From Acidimicrobiales bacterium (GTDB lineage: Bacteria; Actinomycetota; Acidimicrobiia; Acidimicrobiales; DATDAH01): a stretch of DNA of 64,000 nt. The DNA is taken from assembly GCA_036525535.1 (NCBI GenBank), contig DATDAH010000199.1:582-64581 (forward strand), given 5' to 3'. Every line of letters begins with the position of its first letter. Positions within the stretch are counted from its first letter, which is position 1. A program made the translations under genes and the position numbers. This document shows positions 27,564 through 35,757 of this stretch, piece by piece. Under the pieces are notes generated by a model. That model saw only the letters and a list, made by a program, of their open reading frames with translations. It was not told the DNA's origin and did not search any database.

Positions 27564-27943
27564 GAGCAGGCAACAGCACCATCTACAAGGGGCGCAGCGG
27601 CCAGTGGGCCTTCGTGACCCATCGGGTTTCGGGGTTCCTGGTCTTCATGTTCCTGCTGCTGCACATCGTCGACGTGTCGCTGGTCAACGCCGACGTCGAT
27701 CTCTACGACGAGGTCCACGCTCTCTACGGCAACATCCTCCTGCGCCTGTTCGAGTGCGGGCTGCTGCTGGCCCTGCTCTTCCACTCGCTGAACGGCCTCC
27801 GGATCGTCATCGTGGACTTCTTCCCGAGGGCAGTGGCCAACGAGCAGAGGTTGACCACCGGTGTGGTCGCCCTGACCCTGCTCGCCGGCATCCCCGGCTC
27901 GTTGATCATCCTCTGGCCCTTCATCGACGGCACGATCCTCTGA
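27560..27943 (+). CDS. sdhC: Succinate dehydrogenase cytochrome b subunit
   Basis: 'YKGRSGQWAFVTHRVSGFLVFMFLLLHI' and 'LFHSLNGLRIVIVDF' resemble actinobacterial Sdh2 SdhC. Confidence 0.8.
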   Translation: MRAGNSTIYKGRSGQWAFVTHRVSGFLVFMFLLLHIVDVSLVNADVDLYDEVHALYGNILLRLFECGLLLALLFHSLNGLRIVIVDFFPRAVANEQRLTTGVVALTLLAGIPGSLIILWPFIDGTIL

Positions 27944-28347
27944 TGGCCGCTCCCGCCACCACCCGCCGGGCCCGGGCCTCCACCCGCGGCGCCCTTGCGC
28001 GCAAACCCAAGTCCAACTTCGAGACCTGGTCCTGGTACTTCATGCGGGTCTCGGGCCTGATCCTGATCTTCCTGGCCCTGACCCACTTCGCCATCACCCA
28101 CATCCTCAACGACGTGGTCGACACCGACGCCGAGTTCGTGGCCGAACGCTGGGACAACCCGCTGTGGCGCCTGTTCGACTGGGCCCTGCTGGCGCTGGCC
28201 CTGCTCCACGGCGTCAACGGCGTGCGCTGGAGCCTCGACGACTACGTCACCCGCCCCGGTCGTCGGGCCGCCCTGAAGGCGTTGCTGTACTCGGTGACCG
28301 GCGGGCTCTTCGCCTACGGCACCCTCGTCGTCGTCAGCTACGGCTGA
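27943..28347 (+). CDS. sdhD: Succinate dehydrogenase hydrophobic membrane anchor subunit
   Basis: 'NFETWSWYFMRVSGLILIFLALTHF' and 'LLHGVNGVRWSLDDY' resemble mycobacterial SdhD. TGATG overlap with sdhC. Confidence 0.78.
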   Translation: MAAPATTRRARASTRGALARKPKSNFETWSWYFMRVSGLILIFLALTHFAITHILNDVVDTDAEFVAERWDNPLWRLFDWALLALALLHGVNGVRWSLDDYVTRPGRRAALKALLYSVTGGLFAYGTLVVVSYG

Positions 28348-28356
28348 GCCCCGCCG

Positions 28357-28998
28357 ATGGGGCTGAAGCACCTGCCCGTCATCGTCCCGGTCCGCCACGA
28401 GCGGGAGGCCGGGGCCAACGCCGACCACCCCATGCGCAAGGTGACCCGGCAGGTCGCCTTCGATCCGGACGGCTGGACCGCCGAGCGCCGGACCACTGTG
28501 GCCGAGCTCTTCGACGGCCTCGCCCCCGAATGGCACACCCGGGAGGTCCCCGGCCGCTACGACGCCCTGAACGACGCTCTCGAGCGCGGCGACGTCCCCG
28601 CCGACGGCCCCACGCTCGAGCTCGGCTCGGGCACCGGCCTGTCCACCCCCCTCCTGGCCGAGCACTTCCCCGGGCTCGTCGCCGCGGACCTGTCCATCGA
28701 GATGCTCCGCCTGGCCCCGGTCGACGCCGCCCCCCGACTCCAGGCCGACAGCTCCCAGCTGCCCTTCCCCGACGGCAGCCTGCAGGTGCTCGTGGTCATC
28801 AACATGCTGCTGTTCCCCACGGAGATGGCCCGGGTCCTCGCCCTCCACGGCGTGCTGGTCTGGGTCAACACCAGCGGCGACCGCACACCCATCTACCTCC
28901 CTGCCGATGACGTGGTCGCGGCCCTCCCTGGCGACTGGACCGGCAAGGCCGGTGAAGCCGGCACCGGCACCTGGTGCGCCGTCCGCCGAACCCTCTAG
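28357..28998 (+). CDS. Class I SAM-dependent methyltransferase
   Basis: Motif I 'LELGSGTGLST' and motif II/III 'LPFPDGSLQVLVVINMLLF'. Confidence 0.8.
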   Translation: MGLKHLPVIVPVRHEREAGANADHPMRKVTRQVAFDPDGWTAERRTTVAELFDGLAPEWHTREVPGRYDALNDALERGDVPADGPTLELGSGTGLSTPLLAEHFPGLVAADLSIEMLRLAPVDAAPRLQADSSQLPFPDGSLQVLVVINMLLFPTEMARVLALHGVLVWVNTSGDRTPIYLPADDVVAALPGDWTGKAGEAGTGTWCAVRRTL

Positions 28999-29031
28999 GA
29001 AACGAACAGGTGTTCGTCTAGGCTGTGGGGC

Positions 29032-30075
29032 ATGGCGACGGCCGAACCTCAGCTGCGATGGGAGCTGGAGGACGCGCCACGGCCGCAGCAGTCGTTGTTC
29101 GGCGACCTGGTCGAGCGGCAGATCGGGCGGGGCGAGTTCCGGGGCCTGGAGTTCTCGCTCGTGCGGGCCCGGTCGATCATCAACAAGGTGGACGTGCCAT
29201 GGCTGGCCTTCGGCCACAGCATCAACGTGTACCGAGGCTGCAGCCACGCGTGCGTCTACTGCTTCGCCCGCCCGACGCACTCGTACCTCGGCCTCGACAT
29301 CGGGGAGGACTTCGACCGGCGGATCGTCGTCAAGATCAACGCGCCCGACGTCCTGCGGGCCGAGCTCTCGCCCCGGCGGTGGGCGGGGGAGCCCATCGCC
29401 ATGGGGACCAACACCGATCCGTACCAGCGCTGTGAGGGCAAGTTCCACCTGACCCGTCAGGTGCTGGAGGTGCTGGTCGAGTTCGCCAATCCCTTCTCGA
29501 TCCTGACCAAGTCGACCCTTGCCCGGCGCGACCTCGATCTGATCGCGGAGGCGGCGCAGCGGACCGAGGTCCGCATCGACTTCTCCGTCGGCACCCTCGA
29601 CGAGGACGTCTGGCGCCTCACCGAGCCGGGTACGCCGCACCCCCGGCGCCGGCTCCGGGCCGTCGAGCAGTTCCGGGAGGCGGGTGTCCCGTGCGGCGTG
29701 CTCATGGCGCCGGTCCTGCCCGGCCTCTCCGACGGTCCCGAGCAGCTGGCCGAGGTGGCTGACGCCTGCAAGGCCATCGGCGTCCGCCCGGCCGGCCCGG
29801 TGCCGCTGCACCTGCGCCCCGGGGTCAAGGAGCATGTCCTGACCTGGATCCGGGAGCACCGGCCCGATCTGGCCGAGCAGTACGAGCGCTCCTACCGCAC
29901 CGCCTACCTGCCCCCGCCTCAGCGCAAGCAGCTGGCGGCCCGGTTCCGCGCCGCCCTGGGTCCCGACGCCCCGCCCAAGGCCCCGGTCCGTTCGCTCTAC
30001 GGCAAAGGCGCCCAGCCCACCCCGCCCGAGGCGCCCAAGGTCGCCCCCACCCGCCAACTCGACCTCGGCCTCTGA
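29032..30075 (+). CDS. Radical SAM protein (Rv2578c / SPL-like family)
   Basis: 'YRGCSHACVYCFARPTH' CxxxCxxC cluster motif at about 350 aa. Confidence 0.8.
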   Translation: MATAEPQLRWELEDAPRPQQSLFGDLVERQIGRGEFRGLEFSLVRARSIINKVDVPWLAFGHSINVYRGCSHACVYCFARPTHSYLGLDIGEDFDRRIVVKINAPDVLRAELSPRRWAGEPIAMGTNTDPYQRCEGKFHLTRQVLEVLVEFANPFSILTKSTLARRDLDLIAEAAQRTEVRIDFSVGTLDEDVWRLTEPGTPHPRRRLRAVEQFREAGVPCGVLMAPVLPGLSDGPEQLAEVADACKAIGVRPAGPVPLHLRPGVKEHVLTWIREHRPDLAEQYERSYRTAYLPPPQRKQLAARFRAALGPDAPPKAPVRSLYGKGAQPTPPEAPKVAPTRQLDLGL

Positions 30076-30096
30076 CCCCCTGCGAGACTCGGGGCG

Positions 30097-30738
30097 ATGG
30101 CTGATCTGGATCTCGTGCGGGCGGAGCATCTCGCCCAGGGCCTCGAGCTCGGCGACCTGGACCCCGATCCGGTCGTCCAGTGCCGGACCTGGTGGGACCG
30201 GGCCGTCGCCGTGGGGGTGCACCAGCCCGAGGCCGTGGCCCTGGCCACAGCCGACGCCGATGGCCGATCCTCCGTCCGTTACGTCCTCCTGCGGGGACTG
30301 GACGCGGACGGCCTCCGCTTCTACACGAACTACGACTCGCCCAAGGGCCGGGACCTGACCGTCAACCCCTACGCCGCGCTCGATCTGGCGTGGGTCGAGA
30401 TCGGTCGACAGATCCGCGCCGAAGGGCCCGTGCAGCCGACGTCCGGCGACGACTCCGATGCCTACTGGGCCACCCGCCCGCGGCCCAGCCAGCTGGCGGC
30501 CCGTGCGTCCCGGCAGAGCCGACCGGTGGCGGACCGTTCCTCCATGGTCGAGGCGGTGGCCGCGGAAGCCGCCCGCTGGGACGGCCAGGCGGTGCCCCGT
30601 CCCGACAACTGGGGCGGCTTCGCGCTCCGGCCCGAACGGTGGGAGTTCTGGAACGGTCGCCCCGACCGCCTTCACGATCGCTTCGCCTACGAGCCCGACG
30701 GCGCCGGCGGTTGGGTGATCACCCGTCGCTGGCCGTGA
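30097..30738 (+). CDS. pdxH: Pyridoxamine 5'-phosphate oxidase
   Basis: 'VRYVLLRGLDADGLRFYTNYDSPKG', 'YWATRPRPSQL' and 'WGGFALRPERWEFWNGRPDRLHDR'. Confidence 0.9.
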   Translation: MADLDLVRAEHLAQGLELGDLDPDPVVQCRTWWDRAVAVGVHQPEAVALATADADGRSSVRYVLLRGLDADGLRFYTNYDSPKGRDLTVNPYAALDLAWVEIGRQIRAEGPVQPTSGDDSDAYWATRPRPSQLAARASRQSRPVADRSSMVEAVAAEAARWDGQAVPRPDNWGGFALRPERWEFWNGRPDRLHDRFAYEPDGAGGWVITRRWP

Positions 30739-31303
30739 GGGCCGAGGAGGCGGCGGCGAGGCCGGCGACCAGAGCCTGACGGGCGACGGGGTCGGCGTTG
30801 GGGCCCTGCAGGCGGATGCGCGGCGGGAGCTCGATCTGCACCCCGCCGCCGCGGGAGCGGTTGACGGGGTTGTCGGGATGCAGGCCCCGCAGGGCCTTGG
30901 GGATGTCGGCCAGGTCGGCCGCGACCGTGTAGCCCGGCAGGGCCGCCCGCAGGTGACCGGCGACGTGGCCGGCGAGCGCACGGTCCCCGCCGCCCAGGAG
31001 CAGCGTGGTGAACAGGCCGTCCCGCCCGTAGCCGTGGACCGACAGCACGACGTCGACGTGGCCGAGGAACCGTCCCAGGGCGGGGCTCTCGGCGGGATCC
31101 ATCTGCACGGACGGGACGTGCCACCGCAGGTCATCGGGCTGGCAGAGGGCGTAGAGCGACGCCCCCGACCGTTCGGCCGCCTCGGCGGCGATGTCGTCGG
31201 TCTCCCGTTCCAGTGATCCGCCGTGCAGCGCCAGGAAGCCGACGGTCGAGCGCAGCTCGAGGTGCTCCTCGACGCCGTCGTGGGCCAGGAGCTCAGCCAG
31301 CAC
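30719..31303 (-). CDS. Poly-gamma-glutamate hydrolase family protein (UPF0714/YjqB-like)
   Basis: 'GFLALHGGSLERETD', 'VLSVHGY' and 'GGVQIELP' motifs. The GTG start overlaps the ccdA 3' end by 11 nt. Confidence 0.65.
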   Translation of the reverse strand: MLAELLAHDGVEEHLELRSTVGFLALHGGSLERETDDIAAEAAERSGASLYALCQPDDLRWHVPSVQMDPAESPALGRFLGHVDVVLSVHGYGRDGLFTTLLLGGGDRALAGHVAGHLRAALPGYTVAADLADIPKALRGLHPDNPVNRSRGGGVQIELPPRIRLQGPNADPVARQALVAGLAAASSALTASDG

Positions 31304-32198
31304 GGGCGGGCTCGTCGTCCTCGTCGTCCTTGCTGTGGGGCGCCCGCTCCGGCGGGGCCGGACGGGCCAGGACGAAGAGCAGGGCGGCGCAGACCACGAT
31401 GCCCAGGACCAGGCCCAGCCGCTCCGCCCCGAGATCCTGGATCCAGGTGGAGATGTCCGAGCTCCAGCCCGTGACCGTGTCGACCGGGCCCGCCGCGGTC
31501 CGGGGGTCGTCGCGGATGCGCAGCTCGTAGATGCCGTACCAGGTGAAATAGGCCCCGGCCACGACCAGGAACCCGCCGGCGACCCGGTTGACGAACGGCA
31601 GGGCCGAGCGCAACCGGTGGACCAGCGACTGGCGGGCCAGCGCGAGGGCCAGGGTGAGAACGGTCAGGACCAGGCCCATGCCCAGGGCGAAGCAGACGTA
31701 CATGGCGATGCCCGACGCCGTGTTCGAGCGGCTGAACGTGCCCGCCACCACGCTCAGGAAGACGGGCAAGGTGCACGACAGCGAAGCCACCGCGTAGGAC
31801 ACGCCGAACACGAACATCGAGGGCAGGGTCCGTTCCCGTCCGCCCCGCTCCAGGTGGGGGAGAGCCAGGCGCAGCTCGAAGCCGCCGAGCAGGGCGATGC
31901 CCAGAGACAGGACGGCGAGGCCGACCACGATGGTCATCCACGGGAACCACTCGTCGACGGCCAGGGACAAGTGGGAGATCAGGGCGCCGATCGTGGTGAA
32001 CACGGCCACGAAGCCCAGGGTCACGACGGCACCGACGGCCAGGGCCCGGGCCACGCCGGCGCGGGCGTCCGCGTCGGCCGCCCCGGCGTCCAGGCCCAGG
32101 AAGAAGGTCAGATAGGCCGGGAGCATGGCGAAGCCGCACGGGTTCACCGTGGCCACCATCCCGGCCGTGAAGGCGAGGGCCAGCGGGGCGTCGATCAC
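31293..32198 (-). CDS. ccdA: Cytochrome c biogenesis protein CcdA (DsbD-family thiol-disulfide transporter)
   Basis: 'FTAGMVATVNPCGFAMLPAYL' and a second Cys TM 'AVASLSCTLPVFLS'. Confidence 0.85.
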   Translation of the reverse strand: MIDAPLALAFTAGMVATVNPCGFAMLPAYLTFFLGLDAGAADADARAGVARALAVGAVVTLGFVAVFTTIGALISHLSLAVDEWFPWMTIVVGLAVLSLGIALLGGFELRLALPHLERGGRERTLPSMFVFGVSYAVASLSCTLPVFLSVVAGTFSRSNTASGIAMYVCFALGMGLVLTVLTLALALARQSLVHRLRSALPFVNRVAGGFLVVAGAYFTWYGIYELRIRDDPRTAAGPVDTVTGWSSDISTWIQDLGAERLGLVLGIVVCAALLFVLARPAPPERAPHSKDDEDDEPARAG

Positions 32199-32788
32199 GC
32201 CAGCAAGCCGTTCAGCTCGTCCCGGAGCTCGTCGGGGTGGATCTGGGACAGGTGGGACGTCGTGATCGTGCCGTCGGCGGCGATGAAGACCGTGGTCGGA
32301 TAGCCCCCACCGGCGAAGGCGGTGATGATGTCGCCGTCGGGGTCACGCCCGATGTCGTAGGTCACGCCCGTGCGCTCGACCAGCTCGCGTCCGGCCCGGA
32401 CGGACTCGGCGGAGGAGAGGCCGAGGAAGGCGACCTGGTCGCCGTAGGTCTCGAACGCGTCCTCGAGGTCCGGCATCTCCACCACGCAGGGGACGCAGCC
32501 GTTGTAGAAGAAGTTGATCAGCGCCGGTCGTCCGGCCCGGAACGTCTCGAAGTCGATGTCGGCGCCGCCCGTCAGGGGCTCGAAGGTGAAGTCCGGCGCC
32601 GGCTCACCCTCGAGCTCCCCCGGCGGGATGGTCCCGTCGCCGGCGCCTGGGGCCAGGGTGAGAGCGGGAGGGCCGGCCGTCTCGTCGTCGTCCAGCACGA
32701 AGCTCAAGACCAGGGCCGTGATGAGGCCGGCCAGCACCATGGCGACCAGCGTCACGCCGAGGGGGCTGCCCACGCGCTTGCCGGCCAT
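32195..32788 (-). CDS. TlpA/ResA-family thiol-disulfide oxidoreductase (membrane-anchored thioredoxin-like)
   Basis: N-terminal TM and 'FFYNGCVPCVVEMPDLE' CxxC motif. 4-nt overlap with ccdA. Confidence 0.85.
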   Translation of the reverse strand: MAGKRVGSPLGVTLVAMVLAGLITALVLSFVLDDDETAGPPALTLAPGAGDGTIPPGELEGEPAPDFTFEPLTGGADIDFETFRAGRPALINFFYNGCVPCVVEMPDLEDAFETYGDQVAFLGLSSAESVRAGRELVERTGVTYDIGRDPDGDIITAFAGGGYPTTVFIAADGTITTSHLSQIHPDELRDELNGLLA

Positions 32789-32845
32789 GGCCCGGGACGG
32801 TACCCGTGGTCACCGGCGGGCGACTCGCGCCCGCCGCCCGTCGCC

Positions 32846-34105
32846 TCAGTCGAGGAAGCCGTCGCACTCCCCGGTGCTGAGCGACTCGACGATGTCGACC
32901 GAACCACCGAGGAGCGTGCTGACCGCATCGTCGTCGAACGCCTCCGGCCCGGCGTCGACCATGGTGTTGAGATCGGCCAGGAACTGCTCGGCGGTCGCCT
33001 GGGAGGCCTCATCGAACAGCCCGAAGTCCGGCTGTCCGGCGCTGACCACCCCCAGCATGGAGACGGCGTCGTCGTAGGTCGCCGGAGGCGCCGTGCCGTC
33101 GTACTCCGGCGGGTCGTCGGTGGACGTCATGTCCCGGGTCAGCGCCTCGGCGGTCAGGATCTGCTGGTCCAGCTTGTCGAAGTCGAGGTTGGACAGGTCG
33201 TCCTGGGACGTGTGGTAGCAGGGCGTGTTGGCGTCGGTGAAGAAGACGATGGGCACGCCGGCGTTCGCGAAGTTGGCGTGGTCGCTGCGGCCCTGCCCGA
33301 AGAGGAGGCTGAGGGCGAGGGTGTCCAGCGACGAGGCTTCGGTGGCCGCGGTCGTGGCCGCGACGAGGTTCGGCCCCCCGGTCTCGGCCCCGACGACGAC
33401 GGTGGTGTCGGCCAGGGCCGGGCTCAGGTTCGAGCCCTGGATGTCCCAGTTCAAGTAGGCGACGGTGTCGTCCAGCGGGACGGCCGGATCGGCGATGTAG
33501 GCCGCCGAACCGAGCAGGCCGTCCTCCTCGGCGTCCCACAGGGCCAGGATCACCGTGCGGGGCGGCGGCTCGGGCTCCGCCGCCAGCAGGCGGCCCACCT
33601 CGAGGACGGTGGCCACGCCGGACGCGTCGTCGCCGGCGCCGTTGCAGATGTCGTCGCCGGGGGTGTCGCTCGGGCAGTCCGAGCCGAGGTGGTCGTAGTG
33701 GGCGCCCAGGACGACGTACTCGTCGGCCCGGTCGCCACCGAGGATCTGTCCGATGAGGTTGGTGCCCTCGGCGAACGGGTAGCCGTACCCGTCGAGGGTG
33801 TCGCCGTCCACCGGCTCGGTGAACTGGCCCAGCTGCTCGACGAGGAAGTCTTGGGCGAGGACCGATCCGTCGGTCTGGTTGTCCCGACCTCCCATCTCGT
33901 CGCCGGCCAGAGCCTCGACGATGCCCTGGACCCGCTCGGCGTCGACGCCCGCCGCGGCCGTCGTGGTGGTGGTGGTGTCATCCGCGGCCGTCGTCTCGTC
34001 GGCGGGGGCGGCGTCGTCACCGCTGTCGTCCGAGCTGCAGGCCGCCCCCGCCAGCAGCACCGTCACCAGCAGTGCCGCCGTCCGCGTCCGCCGGATCCTC
34101 GTCAT
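32846..34105 (-). CDS. M28 family metallopeptidase lipoprotein
   Basis: Lipobox 'LLAGAACSSD', plus 'VVLGAHYDHLG', 'GAGDDASGVATVLE', 'LWDAEEDGLLGS' and 'SDHANF'. Confidence 0.85.
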   Translation of the reverse strand: MTRIRRTRTAALLVTVLLAGAACSSDDSGDDAAPADETTAADDTTTTTTAAAGVDAERVQGIVEALAGDEMGGRDNQTDGSVLAQDFLVEQLGQFTEPVDGDTLDGYGYPFAEGTNLIGQILGGDRADEYVVLGAHYDHLGSDCPSDTPGDDICNGAGDDASGVATVLEVGRLLAAEPEPPPRTVILALWDAEEDGLLGSAAYIADPAVPLDDTVAYLNWDIQGSNLSPALADTTVVVGAETGGPNLVAATTAATEASSLDTLALSLLFGQGRSDHANFANAGVPIVFFTDANTPCYHTSQDDLSNLDFDKLDQQILTAEALTRDMTSTDDPPEYDGTAPPATYDDAVSMLGVVSAGQPDFGLFDEASQATAEQFLADLNTMVDAGPEAFDDDAVSTLLGGSVDIVESLSTGECDGFLD

Positions 34106-34145
34106 GGCGTGAACCTAGGCCACCGGGCAGACGGGGGTTCGCAGT

Positions 34146-34174
34146 CCGTCGTGGTGGGGGGATCCCCACGACGG
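34146..34174 (-). terminator. Hairpin downstream of the whiB7-like gene
   Basis: 'CCGTCGTGG' pairs with 'CCACGACGG' (9 bp), with 2 further inner bp around a GGATCC core. It lies 33 nt after the whiB stop and has no U-tract. Confidence 0.4.
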
Positions 34175-34206
34175 CCACGTCACCCCCGTCCGCCGGCAGG
34201 TGGCGA

Positions 34207-34572
34207 TCAGGCGGCCCCGACGGCGGCGCCGACGGTCTCCCGCAGCGCCTCCGGGATCGGGATCACCGGGAGCTGGTCCTCGGGCCGCGGATGCTTGGGC
34301 GGACGACCCCGGCGCCGCTTGTTGGCCAGGATCCGACCGTTGAGGATCAGCTGCCCGCCCCAGACGCCCCACGGCTCGCGCCGCTCGAGCGCGCCGGACA
34401 GGCACGGCTCGATCACCGGGCACTCGGCGCAGATGCGCTTGGCCCGGGCGATGTCCTGGAGCTCCTCGGAGAAGAAGAGGTGGGTCAGGGCGCCACTGCC
34501 GTCACGGCAGCGGGCCTTGGCCTCCCAGCTCTTCGGCTCCTCGTCGATGACTGTGGGTAAGGCGGCGAGCAT
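34207..34572 (-). CDS. whiB7: WhiB-family transcriptional regulator with C-terminal AT-hook (WhiB7/WblC-like)
   Basis: Four Cys ('ARC...ICAECPVIEPC'), 'EPWGVWGG' turn and AT-hook 'KRRRGRPPKHPRP'. SD 'GAAGGGG' lies upstream of the ATG. Confidence 0.85.
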   Translation of the reverse strand: MLAALPTVIDEEPKSWEAKARCRDGSGALTHLFFSEELQDIARAKRICAECPVIEPCLSGALERREPWGVWGGQLILNGRILANKRRRGRPPKHPRPEDQLPVIPIPEALRETVGAAVGAA

Positions 34573-34645
34573 CGGATTCCCCTTCTCGTGATGTTCGTCT
34601 TTGGTGGATGGGCGGTCGCTGGTGGATGGGGGTCTCGGGGCGGCC

Positions 34646-34681
34646 GAAAAACCAAGAAAGCCGCCGGGATCTTCCCGACGG
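34646..34681 (-). terminator. Rho-independent attenuator in the whiB7-like leader
   Basis: The minus strand reads 'CCGUCGGGA-AGA-UCCCGGCGG' (9 bp including one G-U), then 'CUUUCUUGGUUUUUC'. It sits between the uORF stop (34711) and the whiB start (34572). Confidence 0.6.
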
Positions 34682-34710
34682 CTTCTGGAGTTCGATCCTC
34701 GATGTCCCTG

Positions 34711-34908
34711 TCAGGGGGAGGAGCGCTCCTTCAGCCGGCGGGCGGTGAGAAAGCCGTTGCCGTCGTGCATCCGAACTCGAATCGCCTGCTTGGCGGCGAG
34801 AGCGGAATACACGGTGGTGCACGGCTGCCAGGTCGACACGGACGCAGACGAGCGCGCGCCGACGGCGGCAGCGGGGCTGCTCACCTGGTTCGTCGCGTAG
34901 TCACTCAT
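34711..34908 (-). CDS. Leader uORF (65 codons) of the whiB7-like gene
   Basis: ATG preceded by SD 'GAAGGA' at 8-nt spacing, Ala/Ser-rich peptide, ending 29 nt before the attenuator hairpin. The region is lower in GC than its surroundings. Confidence 0.5.
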   Translation of the reverse strand: MSDYATNQVSSPAAAVGARSSASVSTWQPCTTVYSALAAKQAIRVRMHDGNGFLTARRLKERSSP

Positions 34909-34969
34909 CGGGATTGTCCTTCATGCCTGGTCTTCGGGCTGGGCCAGCAAAGCACGGTGTGCTCGGGGC

Positions 34970-34985
34970 CGTCAACGTATTTATC
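34970..34985 (-). promoter_or_regulatory. Putative whiB7-type promoter: AT-rich element abutting a -35 'TTGACG'
   Basis: The minus strand reads 'GATAAATACG-TTGACG', with a weak extended -10 'TGCTTTGCT' 18 nt downstream. This is the arrangement known for WhiB7 autoregulation. Confidence 0.3.
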
Positions 34986-35019
34986 GGCAACGGTTTCCGT
35001 AAGCGTACGTTTCCGGTCT

Positions 35020-35757
35020 GTGCGCTTCCTGCCTCCGCCGTCCGAGAGCCGGGCCTTCACCCACGACGCGCGGGTCCGGCTGGGCGACGTCAGCCCGAAG
35101 GGTCGGCTCCGCCTGGACGGGATCGCGAAGGCCATGCAGGACGTGGCCACTGATGACGCCCTCGACGGCTCGCCGGGGGAGGACGCGGGCTGGGTGGTGC
35201 GGCGCACGACCATGGAGGTCGGGGCGTGGCCCCGGTACCGGGAGGATCTCGCGGTGACCACCTGGTGCTCCGGGTACGGCCGTCGCTGGGCCGTGCGGAG
35301 GACGACACTGGCCGGGGCCGACGGCGGTCAGGTGGAGACCGAGGCGCTCTGGATCCATGTCGACCCGGCGACCGGTCGCCCCACGCCGATGACGCCGGCC
35401 TTCTTCGCGGTCTGGGGCCGCGGGGTGACCGACACCTCGGTCCGGGCCAAGCTCCGCCTGCCCGACCGCCCCGAGGGTGAGGCGTCGCCCTGGCCTCTCC
35501 GCTTCAGTGACTTCGACGGTCTGGCCCACGTCAACAACGCCGCCTACTGGCTGCCCGCCGAGGAGCACCTGGCCGGGCGAACGGACCTGCAGGCGCCCCT
35601 CCGAGCCGAGATCGAGTACCGGGAGGGTGTCGTCCGGGGCGAGGACGTCACCCTGGTCACGGCCGATGACGACGAAGGGTTCCTGCAGTGGTGGCTGGTC
35701 GACGGCCTGGTCCGGTCGTCGATCCGGGTGGGCCAGGTCGGTCAGTCGACGGTGTAG
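35020..35757 (+). CDS. Acyl-ACP thioesterase-like (hotdog fold) protein
   Basis: Two hotdog halves: 'VRLGDVSPKGRLRLDGIAKAMQDVA' and 'LRFSDFDGLAHVNNAAYW'. GTG 35020 is the first plausible start. The upstream part of the 389-aa track ORF overlaps the whiB leader and is rejected. Confidence 0.65.
   Translation: MRFLPPPSESRAFTHDARVRLGDVSPKGRLRLDGIAKAMQDVATDDALDGSPGEDAGWVVRRTTMEVGAWPRYREDLAVTTWCSGYGRRWAVRRTTLAGADGGQVETEALWIHVDPATGRPTPMTPAFFAVWGRGVTDTSVRAKLRLPDRPEGEASPWPLRFSDFDGLAHVNNAAYWLPAEEHLAGRTDLQAPLRAEIEYREGVVRGEDVTLVTADDDEGFLQWWLVDGLVRSSIRVGQVGQSTV

Noticed and set aside
27724-32139. 1471-aa minus-strand ORF, the longest in the track
   Set aside because: It runs antisense to sdhC, sdhD, the methyltransferase, the radical SAM gene and pdxH, and in frame with nothing recognisable. 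It is Arg/Gly/Pro-rich low-complexity text typical of antisense frames in high-GC DNA. Only its far end overlaps the real ccdA region, in another frame.
34588-35019. The 5' 144 codons of the 389-aa plus-strand ORF as an N-terminal extension of the thioesterase
   Set aside because: This part overlaps the whiB7-like leader and uORF on the other strand. It has poor codon bias in a low-GC region, and hotdog-fold similarity begins only after GTG 35020.
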